A stretch of DNA of 64,000 nt, from the NCBI GenBank assembly GCA_010093705.1, contig MU006091.1, positions 744,001-808,000 on the forward strand. Direction: 5' to 3'. This document shows, piece by piece, positions 23,131-36,446 of the stretch. The notes under the pieces were generated by a model, which was not told where the DNA came from, made no database searches, and saw only the letters and a program-made list of their open reading frames with translations. A program made the translations under genes and the position numbers. Numbering within the stretch: position 1 is the stretch's first letter; the number at the start of each line of letters is the position of its first letter. This DNA comes from Patellaria atrata CBS 101060 (Eukaryota).

Positions 23131-25562
23131 ATGTTTTGGCCTATTACGGCCATATTCTTGCTGCTGCAGTGGCTCTTAGACAGTCTGTTTCTCATTCTAT
23201 CAACCAAGAACAGGGAGCAGAAGATTAAAAGCAATACCTATGCTACCACGAGAGAGAAGGCTGGTTCAACGTCGAATAGGAAAGGTTATAAGACGTATAG
23301 AGACCAAAAGACGGACTACTCGCGCTGGCGACTCCTCGATGACAGAGGGCGACAAACATGGCATTATTTGAAAACGGAAAAGCAAATAAAGGAGTGGCCA
23401 CAGAGCATTGCCGACAAATGGCATCTGGGCATGGACACTGTGAGGCTTCTGTTGTATGGACTAAATGTATATTACCTCTTAGAGCTAATTATATTATTTA
23501 GGGGCTCCCTAACCTACCTCCTCCCAAAACTGCTATTGATTCCGTGAAGAATGCCCTTGAATTCTTCCAACATCTTCAACTTCCACCCGGAAACTGGGCT
23601 TGCGACTACGGTGGACCCATGTTTCTAGTTCCAGGCCTCGTTGTAACATGGTACGTCACCAAGACCGCTATACCGGAGGAATACAAAATCGAGATTGCAA
23701 ATTATCTATTCGCACGACAACATCCTAAAGATGGGGGTTGGGGCCTTCATATTGAGGGAGATAGCTCGGTTTTCGGAACTTCTATGAACTATACCGCACT
23801 CAGGCTCGTGGGAGTGGACTCTGAAGACCCTAGAATGATTAAAGCTAGAGCCCTTCTTCATAAGATGGGCGGAGCCGTCAATGGACCACACTGGGCAAAA
23901 TTCTGGCTAAGTGTATTGGGTGTTATGAAGTGGGAGATTGTGAATCCGGTTCCTCCTGAATTGTGGCTTCTTCCGGATTGGATCCCAATCTCCCCGTGGA
24001 GGTGGTGGATCCATATGCGTCAGGTGTTCTTGCCCATGTCGTTTATTTATTCGAAGCGATGGGTGTTCGAAGCCGACGATCTGGTTATGGAGTTAAGGGA
24101 TGAACTATTTGTTGAAGATTGGGAAGACATTGATTGGGCAGGTCATAGGAACAGTATCCACGAGAAGGACAATTACCACCCAAAGACATGGGTCTTGAAT
24201 ACCATTAACTGGTTTCTAGTTCATGTGTGGTTCCCATATTTCAGGACGGATCGTATTGTAGAAAGAGCAGAGGAATGGACATGGCACCTTATCCAACGAG
24301 AAGATGAAAATACGGATTTTTCGTGCTTGGGGCCGGTCAATGCTCCAATGAACACTATAGCTTGCTATATACAAGAGGGCCATGAAGCATATTCAGTACG
24401 ACGACATATCGAACGGTTAGAGGACTTTATTTGGGTCAAAAATGAAGGCATGCTTATGAATGGCACTAACGGCGTACAAAACTGGGACACTTCGTTTCTC
24501 ATTCAATCGGTTGTGGAAGCAGGTTTAGAGAAGGACCCGAAGTGGAAACCTATGTTGGTTAAAGCGCTTGAATATCTTGAAGATCAACAGGTTCGTGAAA
24601 ACACTAGGGACTATAAGTCCTGCTATCGGCATCCTAGCAAGGGTGCATGGACCTTCAGCAACAAAGATCAAGGATACGCCGTTAGTGATTGTACTTCTGA
24701 GGCTGTCAAGAGTATCATGATGCTACAGAATTCCCCAGGTTACCCTGAATTGGTGTCTCTAGAGAGGATACACGACGCTATCGATGTCCTCCTCACTTAC
24801 CAGAACCCTTCAGGAGGATGCGCTTCGTACGAACCGACAAGAGGTTCGGAACACATGGAATTACTGAACGCGGCCGAAGTATTTGGCAGAATCATGATCG
24901 AATACGATTATCCCGAATGTACTACAGCATGTGTTACCGCATTGTCGAGTTTCAAGTGGTTATACCCTCCTTACCGGACAGCGGATATTGACCGCTTCAT
25001 CTCTCGAGCTGTCGCATTCATTCGTCGTGCTCAGCGGCCTGATGGGAGCTGGTACGGAGCTTGGGGAATTTGCTTCTCATACGCTGCTATGTTTGCTCTA
25101 GAATCTCTGGCCTCTGTCGGTGAAACCTACGAGAATAGCGAGCGCGTCCGCCGTGCTTGTCATTTCTTCTTGGATCGCCAATTTGAAGATGGTGGCTGGG
25201 GTGAGTCTTACAAAGCATGTGAAACAGGCGTATGGACTCCCTCTGAGAAAAGTTTAGTGGTGCAGACTAGTTGGGTATGCATCGCACTTATGGAAGCGCA
25301 GTACCCCGATCCAGAGCCAATTAAGAGGGCGTTGTCAATGGTGGTTGGTCGGCAGAGGGCTAACGGAGAATGGGCTCAAGAGTTGATTGAGGGCGTGTTT
25401 AATAAGAGTTGGTGAGTACTATACTAATGTTCAATTTAACTGTGAATTCTTATGGCTGACGATATTCCCAGTATGATTTCTTACCCTAATTACAAATTCA
25501 TTTTTCCCATAAGAGCATTGGGGATGTTCGCCAAGAGATATGGTGAGATAGAGCTCGCATAA
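23131..25562 (+). CDS. ERG7: Lanosterol synthase (oxidosqualene cyclase); start codon uncertain
   Basis: TDYSRWRL..DRGRQTWHY, YGGPMF, DGGWGLHIEG, catalytic VSDCTSEA, QW repeats (Q.PDGSWYG.WG, Q.EDGGWGE), final exon CMISYPNYKFIFP. Confidence 0.95.
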
Positions 25563-26158
25563 GGAAATGCAGGTCCATTATGTTGTTACAACACTTCTGG
25601 TTGTACATAAACTACGACGACGGTATTGTACAGAAATTAATGTAATCACATGATGTTTTGTTAATTGTATCCCCCCCTCCATCACACTTGCCAATAATCC
25701 CTGGCCTCTGTAAGCTTGTCAAGCAATGTTAGTACATTTCTAATTCCATAGTATCAACTTATCTGCATTGTCTATACGAGCAAGTCTTGGGTATGAGTGG
25801 ATTGTCATCCATATGTTTTCGACTTAGTACTTTTGCGTACCTTACCGGGGATGAAATATCATTTTCACAGCGACGGTACAGTAGGGGAGGGTAGTCATAG
25901 CGTGAAGATATGTAAAGAACTTATTGTCACAACAATGATGCTCATTACCGAGCCCCTGTAACTTATAACGTGAATTCTAGAGTGGAATTGAAGTAGATGG
26001 TTTAAAGAAGGTGTTACCGACCACGTGGAGCCGCGTCGCGCTATGTTCTAAGTTTAGCCGCGAACGCATCGGTCATCCCACTCCTGGTTCATTATATGTA
26101 TCGAGGCTGCTAATCAATATTTGACGTGTAAATCAAAATATATGCATTCCAGGACACA

Positions 26159-29100
26159 ATGTCCTCATTAGAGAATAACGATGATAGTGTACATACCTTG
26201 GATAGCCGAACCATGGCTGAAATACGAAGACAATTGCATGTGGTGCGTTTGCTGCAGATCTCATCGCACCCGTGATTAGATATCGGCGTGGCGCTGATAA
26301 AAGTTGATGTAGGCTCCCGATGGACGCGACAACGCAAACCCGAGACGGATCCCTCAACTGGTCACGTCGAAGACCGCCCCGATATTAGGTACCTCAAGGG
26401 AGAGTGCAATGCAAGATTTGCGAGCCTTTCAGTCCTCTGCGGGCTTCCCGGATGGAGATACACAACCTATTGACTCTCAGTTGTACAGGTCCAGCAAAGT
26501 TGCAACTCAGAGTCAGAATGAAGGAACAGGGGATGCATGGCTAATCACCAATTCTCAACCGGAAGACACAACACTACATACAATTGCTGAAGGTGAAAAC
26601 GGACATATCAACATGACGAGCAATTGGACACAGGATTTCGGATCGTCCGATGACGTGAGTGTCGACGGGGAGAATACCACAGAATTGAGCCCTGAAGCAC
26701 AAATGAGGATACACCAAGCAGCCCAAACAAAAGCACAATTCCTGGCTCCAAAGACTCCCGGGACAGCAGGTCGAAAGCGGAACTGGAAAGGAGACGTCAT
26801 TAGTTCTGATTCTAAGACACCGGGTTCAGCGCAGATAGCAGCACTCTTTGGCAACGCTCCTGGCGCAGCTATGATGTCGCTAACTCAAATCTTCAACAAT
26901 ACTCAAGCTCCAACCTCACCGGTCTCCGTTGGAGAGGAGGCCCGCTCCGACCCAGTGTTTACTCGTCCCTCACCTGGATTTGGACAATTCGTAAACTCAT
27001 CCCCTCCTCCACCAGTCTCGAGTCCTATTAAACATCATCGTAGTGATCCTTCGCGAGCGACAACAGAACCTAGGGATGCGTATGTAACAATGAAGGAGAG
27101 CCAGGAGAAGAGAGAGGTGCATAGAAGAGCAAGGCAGGAGCAAGGTGCGGTACATAGTGACGAGTTAGATGAAGCATTTCAAGAGCTCACTGCGGAGGAG
27201 CAGAGGATAGCCAGGAGGAACAGACAACGGCAGAGAGATCTTGCGGCACTCAAGGAGCTTGGGAATTTATCTGCGCCTAAGACATCTCGGGAGGTTCAGG
27301 AGAAAATGAGTAAGAAGAGCGTCATTTCAAGTGACACCGACTTTGTGACACCAGGCTACTCTCTAAGAAAAAGTAGGAAAGAAGTTATATCTATATCTGA
27401 TGATGAGGATGAATCATCGGCGGAGGAGGAGGAATTGGCTACGGACACACCCGCCAGTACTGTCACATCAAAACGGATATCGAATGAACCAAGTAGCGCT
27501 ATTCAGGTTCCCATGACTTCTTCCAAACCTAATGCATTGTCTAATGAAACTGTCCTCCGGGGAAGCAGCCCATCCAAGCGCTCGGAAAAACCACATATCT
27601 CAGCTGATCGTCAAAGAGACTTGAGAACATCTCGTACCACGCACGAGATCGCGGTCGCAGATTCGCAACCTGATCAACCAAGGCCAGAGCATGGTAATCC
27701 CTCAAAACCGATACAGCAAGAGTCTTCACTGGGGTTAGATTCAAGAATAATGCAGTCACAATATTCGACAAAGTCTGAGCAGCTAAGGTTTCAAAAGATC
27801 AAGGCTTTGGTTGTTGACAGCTCATCAATCCCTCTCCCTCCTTTGAGTTCTAGCCAAATCGATGGTGCAGAGGAAGAACAAATTCCTAGCAGTCCCCCTA
27901 TGTTGCCTCCGGTGCGACCATTGGAAGATGACCGAGATAACGTCGATTTGATTGAGGATAATGACGCCTTGGTGGATGGTGACAATGATCAAGGCACCGA
28001 GGAGCCGTATGAGGACAACACGTCTCGACCCCCATGTAGCATCAAGCCAACCTATAACTCCAAGGAAAAACAGAACGCACCCATACGGCAGGATAAGCAA
28101 GTAAGATCGCACTCTACAATTCCTGAAACCGATGATGTAGAATTTTCCATTCCTCAAACGCTCAATTCTAGGACTAGCGGTAGAAACCACAACTCACAGC
28201 ACAGCGCGAGAGATACCCAGAACACGTCAACCCGAACAAATACTAACGCCACTACACAACTTGCGACTGCAAATACTCATACTTCTACTCCGAGTCCTCA
28301 GAAGAAATCCCAACAGACTATGTCGCCCAGATCTGGTGCTCGCACACCTGGTAATTTAGGCATCCGAAAACTTACCGATATCGCGGCAGGCCCATCCCAA
28401 GATAACATTAAAGACATGGATTTACCCCTGAGTTTTCTTCAAGACGACGAGGCTAATTGGATTCTTTCCGGCTCATCTCCCGTTAAACCAAGGAGGAAGA
28501 GGTTAAAAGTTTATCATGTAAAACAATCATCAGTCGAATCAACAGCTCAACTAGTCGAGGCAAGAAATCGTCTCGCGTCTCTAGAATCGACGGAAACCGG
28601 AGATACACAAGTGAATCCTCCAGCCGTTGAGCAGCAAGAGGTATCAATATTTGATCGAGACGCAGTGTTAAAGAGAGGAAGGCTCTCGCGGCCCTCTGTC
28701 AAGGTTAATAGGAAGGATCTAGGGGGTTCTACTTTTATCGTCTCACAAGACCCTTCTCCAACGGTTTTGGAAGGGGAGAAGACAAGCAGTCAGATGCGCG
28801 AGAAGAAGTCAGCATTACAGCCAGAGAAAACCAAAACTATTGCAGGTACTTCGAAGATTGGAGCAAGTGCATTATCCACGAAAGACGTACCGCGGCAGAG
28901 CCTCCAAGGAACAGAATCATCTAAAGCAAATAGCAGATCAGATGCTCCTTTACCCGGGAACCGCAATGAGTCTCTGCAGAATGATAAAACGAAACCTCCC
29001 GTACCTCGAAGAGTACTTGCCCTCTTTAATGGAACTAATAGGAGTTATTATCCCGCAACCTGTCTTGGTGTCTCTGCAGTTGACCCAACTCGATTTAGGA

Positions 29101-30539
29101 TTCGATTTGACGATGGGACAGTGGACGATAAATTAGAAGGACACAATATCTGTACGCTGGACCTACGGATAGATGACTTTGTTAAGGTGGATCTACCCAA
29201 AATGAGAAGTAATAGTTATGTTGTTTGTGGATTCGACGATCATCAGCCAAATAGGTCTACTATTCTCATACCAGGCGACGGATTCCCTCTTACAGACATT
29301 CACGGTCACGAAACAGTTCTATTGGCTATAAGATCTCGGAATTCGATTCCGCAAGAAAGTGCGAAAGCTGCAGAGGATCGTATCCCGATTCCGATTACAA
29401 GCCTGTATATTTTGCCAACGATGTGGAAAATGTTTAAAGATCGCCTTTACTCTTCACTTACTCCTCTCCTAACGCCAGAATCCGGGGGGAATATAGGTAG
29501 GCCACGAACTCCATCCATTACCCCAAGCGTTCCTGTAACACCTACCTCATGGTCACGGCGTCCACTACCCTTACAGTTGAATTCATTCACTTCCCGATCG
29601 GCGCAATCTCAGTCTCGAGCACATAGATTATTTAATAATATGGCCTTCGCCGTTAGCTTCTACAATACATCCCTTACAGAGGCTCAGCGGGAGAATATCA
29701 AAACTCAAATCGTCTCACACGGTGGTCAGGTTCTTGAGTCAGGGTTTCACCAGCTGTTCGATATACCTTCTACCGTTAGCTTTGATACAAATGATGACGA
29801 GAACTCTCCTGTTCTGAAGTTGACAAGGGAGGCAGAAATGCTGGGTTTTGTAGCGCTGATTACCGACAAGATGATCAGGACTCCGAAGTACATCCAAGCT
29901 CTTGCGCTTGGCTTACCATGCGTACATTTCCGGTGGCTTTCTGACTCTCTCGTTGCAGGTGAACCCTTACCTTGGAGTAAATATCTCCTACCAGCGGGTG
30001 AGAGCATGTTCTTATCCGGTGCGATACGCTCCCGAGTCTTATCCATATATCCGGCCGTTAGCCATGGGAACGAATGCGCTGAACATGGCTTCAAGAGCGT
30101 TGTTCAGCGGAGACAGCATCTGTTGAAAGGGAAAAATATTCTCATGGTCATGCCAGCTAAAAAGGCCGCGGATGAGACACGCCGAGGCTATCTTTTTCTA
30201 GCATTAGCACTTGGTCCAGCATATGTGAGGACTGTTGAGGGTTTAACTGCAGCGAAAGGAATTTTAGATGCTAGGTCTAAGGCAGAGTCAGAATACCCAC
30301 GTGGTAAGTGGGACGTTGTTCATCTACATTCCAACACTAGCACTGCAGAGGCTGAGGCTTGCTTGTTCGGGTCCGGGACTCCGATAGGCGGCGTAGACAA
30401 GCGTAGGAAAAGGAAGAAGGATATTGATGCTGATGGATCTCACAAGGTGGAATTGGGAACTAAGGTGGGAAGCCTAATTATCGTCAGGGACGAATTTGTC
30501 GTGCAGAGTTTGATCTTGGGGGAGCTGGTGGAGATCTGA
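26159..30539 (+). CDS. RAD9: DNA-damage checkpoint mediator Rad9/Crb2 (53BP1-like): Tudor + BRCT domains
   Basis: Short exon 26159-26242 splices (GTGCGT..TAG 26312) in frame into the long ORF. SQ/TQ-rich N-terminus; Tudor RVLALFNG..YYPATC..IRFDDG; BRCT LFNNMAFAVS..GG.VL..RTPKYIQALALG.PCVH..W. Confidence 0.88.
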
Positions 30540-31142
30540 ACTGGAAGAGATCAAAGAGGGAATTTTGTAGACCTGATTAAGCTTGCTACTACATTAAGCC
30601 TGGAGTCCGAGGTCAAGATATACAAGAGAGAAGTTTTGTATCCAAAGGATATGGAACTTGAAGGAAACTGATTCTGGATATGGGGTCCCTAGCACGTATA
30701 GTGTTCCGAAAGGTCCTCAACAAAGCATGAGTAGGGTAATATAGGGACTTGAGTACCACAACTATCATACAACTTCATGTTAAATTCAATTACTGATCAA
30801 TTGATCCAAGTGATGTACTTATAAGCTCAGTTCCTTGCAGTAAAAGAACCTCAAGGCCATCTCGCCTAAACGAGTAAAGTACCCCACGTTTGTTTGAACA
30901 TCATCAGTTTTGTTCACTCCCACCTTGATACTGACGGAAAAAGTATAAGGTGGAGTAAGATGTGGAATACCCGATGTACCACGGACTAAGGTTCTATATA
31001 ATGCGTTTAGTCACATCGTCTCGCGAGGCCCAAAGACGTTCTGTTGGCTAACCAGCTCTACCGTGGTGTGGACAGTCGTCCCTATATCAAAGCATCCAAC
31101 ATCAGCCATCGCGCCTCGACATTCCAATCCCACATATCAAAA

Positions 31143-32369
31143 ATGCCCCTAGCAACACGCATAATCTACATCCTCCTCTCCCTTCTCGTCCTCCTGGCGG
31201 CCTCCTACTACAACACCTGGCCCTTCTTCTCCCACCGGCCCCATACCCTCTCCCCCACCCCATCCATCGCCGCCATCGCAGCCCTCGCCCAATCCCTCCC
31301 CTCCCACTCCTGGGAATACGGCACCGCCGCCAACGCCCTCCTGGAGCTGCACAACCCCTCCCTGACCGTCTTCGATCCCTCCCCTTTCCCCGCAGACAAG
31401 ATTCCCTGGGCCGACCCCATCAACACAGACGCCCTCCTGTACGCGGCCCCGCACATCGCCACGGACGGCCCGACCCTCTTCCCGGCCGACAAAACCGGTA
31501 CCGCAGATCCGGCAGCGCTGGGCGTGTCTGCCGTCTTACTCGGCCAGTCTGACCCCACCTACCTGACCGCCGCCCGGCACCAGGCCGAGTACCTCCTGCG
31601 CCGCGCTCCACGCTTCCCCCACGGCGGCGACGGGGACGGGGACAAGGAGGGCGCGATATCGCACCGCACGGACGGCGTGGAAGCATGGTCCGATTTCGTC
31701 GCCATGGCACCCCCGTTCCTCGCCTACTACGCCGTCGCCGCGTCCGACAAGCACCTCACACGTGCCGCCGTTTCACAGATCGTGCTCTACAGCCACCTCC
31801 TCGCCGCCAACGGCACGGGGCCGGAACGGGGGTTATGGCGGCACGTGCGCGGCGGCGGGGCGCACGCGGACCCGGGGTTCTGGGCGACGGGGAACGGGTG
31901 GGTCGCGTATGGGATTGCGCGCACGCTGGCGACGGTGGCGGGGTGGGGTCCTACGTCCGCGTGGCGGGGGGAGAGGGAGGCGCTTGTGAGCCTTGTGGGG
32001 GGGTTGCTGGAGGCAGTTGTGGCGACGGATGGGCATAGGAGGGAGGAGAGGCTGTTGGGGAATTATCTCGCGGATTCGGGGTCGTTTGAGGAAGCGGCGG
32101 GGACGGCGTTGCTGGCGGCGGCGGTGTATAGGATGGTGGTGCTGGAGCCGAGGGTGTTTGGGGGGAGGTATGTGAGGTGGGCGGATAAGAAGAGGATGGC
32201 TGTGTTGAAGGAGGTGGATGCGGAAGGGCGGGTGCGAAGGGTGGTGAATCCGTTGGACCATGCGAGTACGGAACCGATGCTAAAGGGCGGGAGTCCGGAG
32301 GCGCAGGCGTTTGTGGTTATGATGTGGGCGGCGCGGAGGGAGTGTGTGAGGGTGGGGAGGTGTCAATAG
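31143..32369 (+). CDS. Secreted or membrane-anchored six-hairpin glycosidase, GH105/GH88-like
   Basis: N-terminal hydrophobic segment, SHSWEYGT, GAISHR, WSDFVAMAPPFLAY, GLWRH, WATGNGW, SPEAQAF. Confidence 0.8.
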   Translation: MPLATRIIYILLSLLVLLAASYYNTWPFFSHRPHTLSPTPSIAAIAALAQSLPSHSWEYGTAANALLELHNPSLTVFDPSPFPADKIPWADPINTDALLYAAPHIATDGPTLFPADKTGTADPAALGVSAVLLGQSDPTYLTAARHQAEYLLRRAPRFPHGGDGDGDKEGAISHRTDGVEAWSDFVAMAPPFLAYYAVAASDKHLTRAAVSQIVLYSHLLAANGTGPERGLWRHVRGGGAHADPGFWATGNGWVAYGIARTLATVAGWGPTSAWRGEREALVSLVGGLLEAVVATDGHRREERLLGNYLADSGSFEEAAGTALLAAAVYRMVVLEPRVFGGRYVRWADKKRMAVLKEVDAEGRVRRVVNPLDHASTEPMLKGGSPEAQAFVVMMWAARRECVRVGRCQ

Positions 32370-32588
32370 GGGAAAGGATGATGACGGGAGGATGGTGCTA
32401 AAGTGAGTATGACTTAAGGGAATATAGTTTAGGAAGATTATATAGAGGTGAATATTTGATACCTGATTGTAATTCACGGATGTTTCACTATCTACAAGCT
32501 TTTAACCAAGAAATGTACCCTTTTGGTACCGAGAAGCCATTTCACTGAAGGTTACAGGCCCTTACACCTGTATCCACTCCCCCCACTT

Positions 32589-32616
<28 letters not shown>
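32589..32616. repeat. Poly(C)/(G) homopolymer, about 28 nt
   Basis: Uninterrupted C run between the convergent 3' ends of the GH105-like gene and ste23. Confidence 0.9.
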
Positions 32617-32619
<3 letters not shown>

Positions 32620-32674
32620 CTCTCCCTTTCCATCCCACCCCTTCCAAACTTTTGTCTTGCTTTTGTGCACACCT

Positions 32675-35600
32675 CTATAGTTTCGGTCCGGAATCCTCGA
32701 ACTCGCTTAACTCCTTGACAGAAATCGGTCCCCTACTCAACCCTAAGCTCGCCTTGAACGCCTGTACATCAGTAATGTAAATTTGTTCCCGTTTAGGCCA
32801 ACTCTTCTTTAGCTCATCTTCCTCTCTAGCACCAGTAGCTTCTTCGTCATCACCTAACTTCTTGACCTCCACGCCCATACTCGGTAACGATACCGCAATC
32901 AAAGTCCGTGCTGACTCTAGAGTCTTTTTCACCTTTGCCTCCTCGAGATCGGGGACGTTGGCCAGGTAGGCAGATAATGCATCCACAACAGAGTCGACGG
33001 GATCGTTTGCCGCAACGTCCACGTTGGCGAATTTGGTGCTCAACTTCTTGCTGTCTGGAGTAATGTCAGCAGTGAAAAGGAATTCGGTTAGCAATTCCAG
33101 AAGAGCAGTCTTCTGTTCCGACGGTTTGATATTCTTGGCTATTTCCTTAACAGACGACTGTGCGAGCATGTGGACGGCAAGTTTGGCGCGGGTTGGAGAG
33201 GTTGGATCTATGTGGGTGTTGTAGAAATTCAGGAAGTCTTCCTTTGAAATTTCCCTAATGGCATCGGCATCGTTATAGACTGAGAATAGTTAGCAATGTG
33301 TTTTCGAAGTGAAGGGAACGAATGGTGAAGGGAACAGGATGAATAGAAGGGGCCAATTTAGGAAGAAAGACATACCGCATTCGAAATCAAAGGTTTCGTT
33401 CCTGATATGTGTTGCGAATCTACTTGACTCCTGAGATAGATCCTTGAGTTTCTCTAGTCTCTTATTGATGATACTAGATTTATGAGCCTCGAATTCCTCG
33501 TTAGTGAATTTTGCAATCATTTTTCCGAGCTTCGTCAAGAACAGTTCAATGCGTTCCTCGAGGTAGTCTGGTGATTTCTCGCTTTGAATCAAGACATAGA
33601 AACCGCCAAATCCTCTGCTGAGCATTTCACCGGAAAACACCACGTAGCCTAATTGTTCCTTTGTCCTTAGCTGGTTGAAAGCTGGTTCTTTAGCAACTTG
33701 CTTGAGAAGGAGTAATTTGGCCCTTAGTTCCCTACTATAAGAGTCGCCACAGTACAGCATGTATTTGATGGCGTGATTCACATTCGCTGGATCCTTGAGT
33801 GGGTGTTCATAGATATAGTCGCAACCCTGAGGAAGGACAACAGTTCTCTCAATAGGCCAATGTGATTGTGGCAGCTTCTTGGGTTTAAGGATAGACTCGA
33901 CCTGGTCAGTGAGTCTCAATGCATCCTCTTTATGAAGGTTGCCATGAGCTAGGACTTCAATATGAAATTGCTCTAATAATCGAGGGAAGAACGTTCGAAT
34001 GTCATCCGCGGTGACATCGGGAAGTTCGACCTGATACTGCTCATTGATCCATCCATCGGCGTGAATCAGCCACCACGCGTACTGTCCGATTTGTCCATAC
34101 GGAGAATCGTAAGCCTGATTACGGAAAAAACGGGAGATGCGCTCCTTAGTAATTTTGAACCGGTCTTCGCGAACTTCAAGATCCCTCATAGATAGAAGCA
34201 CCTTTTCCAGAAGAATTGACATCTTGTCGTCGTAACCGCCGACAGCGATGAATAGACCGGGGTCAATATCCGATAAAGTGTACCGTAACCCTGATATCTC
34301 CGCATCATACGAATACTCATTTAGAGCATCCTTGACGAGTTGTTCGTAGAGAAGACTTAAAACGTACGTTTTAGGTGATAGGTTCAACAAAGGAGTGCGC
34401 ATGTAGATGTACACATTAGCCTTGGGAACCCAAAATCTGTCATCTCGTTTGTGCCATGTCCGTACATTTTCATCGTTGCGAATCAGCCTAGGTGCTTTCG
34501 CAGGTTCGGAGACGGACTTCTTTTGGACCTCGAGCCTAGTTGGGATGAATTCGTTCCTGTGCGGGAGATGAAGTTCACTGGGTCGATCCTCCTGAGCGCT
34601 CTGGGCTGCTTCTTGAAGCATCTCGAGGAATTCTTGAGACATGTCCTCGACCTTGTACTCTGTACCATACCACTTTTCTCGCTGATCCCATTCGCCGGGG
34701 AACTCTTGACTGACAACAGTGAGACGACAATTCTTTGGATGGAGATATCCAAGGCCTCTACGAATAGCTCTGGCATCGAATTTTCTAAGAACCGCCGGTC
34801 CACTCAGTAACCATTTTCTTGGATATGGACGTTGCATGACACTTGCAAGACGATTCGTAGTGCGTACCGCTTGAGACTTTTGCTTGAAGCGGAAGTCAAC
34901 CTCGCTCATACCTTTCATCTCGTCGAATACCCATTCTTGTGGACAGCGCTCGTTTAGGATTGAAATGTACTGGAAGATCGTTTGTGCAACTTCCTGATAA
35001 TGGTTCAGTCCATCCTCCGTCAATCTAACATCCACCGTGAAGATGGCAGACCCAGGGCAGTGTGAGTAAGCACCAGCAGAGAGACCATTAGCCCATCCTT
35101 TGGCTTTGATGTATGCAAGAATGCTTCCCGGACCCTCATGGCCTATAAGATGACTGAAATATCTACTAGGATGAGACTCATAGAGATCTTCCTCATCAGG
35201 GTAAGTAAATGAGAGCCTAAGTTTCCTTGACTCTTTTACTGGCTTCACATAGAGGACCTTCTTGAGCTCTTTTTCGGAATATATTGGAACATCATCCCAA
35301 CGATACTGAGCTCGATCCGTATTTCTAATATCGGCGAAAAATTCTACAACCCAACTTTCCATTTCATCTAGACTCTCCCGGCCTAATAGTACTAGCTTCA
35401 TGCGATTAGCTGAATAATGAGTCTCCCAGAACTTCATGAATTCGTTTCGAATGTTGACACCACGTGAGAGTGGATCGTCGTGGAGGGTTTTGAAACTTCC
35501 AGTATTGAAATGGCAATATGGATGTTTAGGGTTTGCAAGGGATTTATCGAGCTGGGCCTCTCTCCACACGTCAGACTGCAAATTCTTCTTGTGCTCCGAA

Positions 35601-36446
35601 TCAACTGCCCTGAGTTCTCGATCTACAGAATCCGCAAGAAACAAGGGGGCCACAAAGAACTGGGCAAAGCGATCAAGAGCCCCGTAGAATGGAGATCCTG
35701 ACTTTGCGGCACCATTGCTTTGCGATGCGCTTTTACTATTTGAAGATGTAGCGGCGACCTCAAAGTGATAGTTGGTAGATGTACTAGAGGTATAAGCGTT
35801 CGAAGAGCCATTGTAGCGCGAAAGGTATTCCATGTAATCGTTTTCCTTTGGATACTAAGATACGGGTTAGCATATGTTCAAGGCCGTCAAGAAGTGTCCT
35901 CACCTTTTCAGTCCCCATAAATGAGACATGCTCAACGGCGTGGGCGAGGCCTGGCATATCATCAGAATCACTGAATGCTCCTACGTTCACGTCCATAGAT
36001 GCGCTCGCCATGTCCGTGTCTGGATCATGGATGAGCAGGGCTTCAAGCTCATTTGGTAACTTTATGACTCTGTATGATCGATCATCCAACGCTGGTCTTT
36101 CAAGATCATTCTCGATCAATATGGGGGGCGCGTCCCGGTGTAGGACCGATTCACTCATGGTGACGAATGAGCGTCGTGAGGAAGGACTGGGGAACTTTGT
36201 GGGCTGGGTGAGGCTCAAGATAGACGAGGGGGTTATGGGGGGTCTGGGGGGCTTATCAGGTTGGCGAGATAGAGGAAGCGGTGTCGGAAAGCACGTATTG
36301 AGCCGGGCGAATGACACAAGCCTGCGTGGTCGGCCAAAAGAGAAAAGTGGAGATGGAGAAGGAGGATTCTTGAGCGAGGATTTGATGGTTGAGGCTAAGT
36401 AGAAGACATGGTGGGTGATTGCTGATTTATGTATGGAAAGTAGCAT
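32675..36446 (-). CDS. STE23: Insulinase-family (M16A) metallopeptidase Ste23/IDE; second in-frame ATG at 36158
   Basis: D.RSYRVIKLPNELEALL, inverted zincin HAVEH..FMGTEKYP, NAYT, RE..AVDSEH, HLIGHEGPGS, FNQLRTKEQLGYVV. Introns at ~35856-35903 and ~33281-33376. Confidence 0.95.

Noticed and set aside
31149..32261. Multiple antisense and alternative-frame ORFs over the GH105-like gene
   Set aside because: Stop-codon depletion in GC-rich sequence; no protein-like features.
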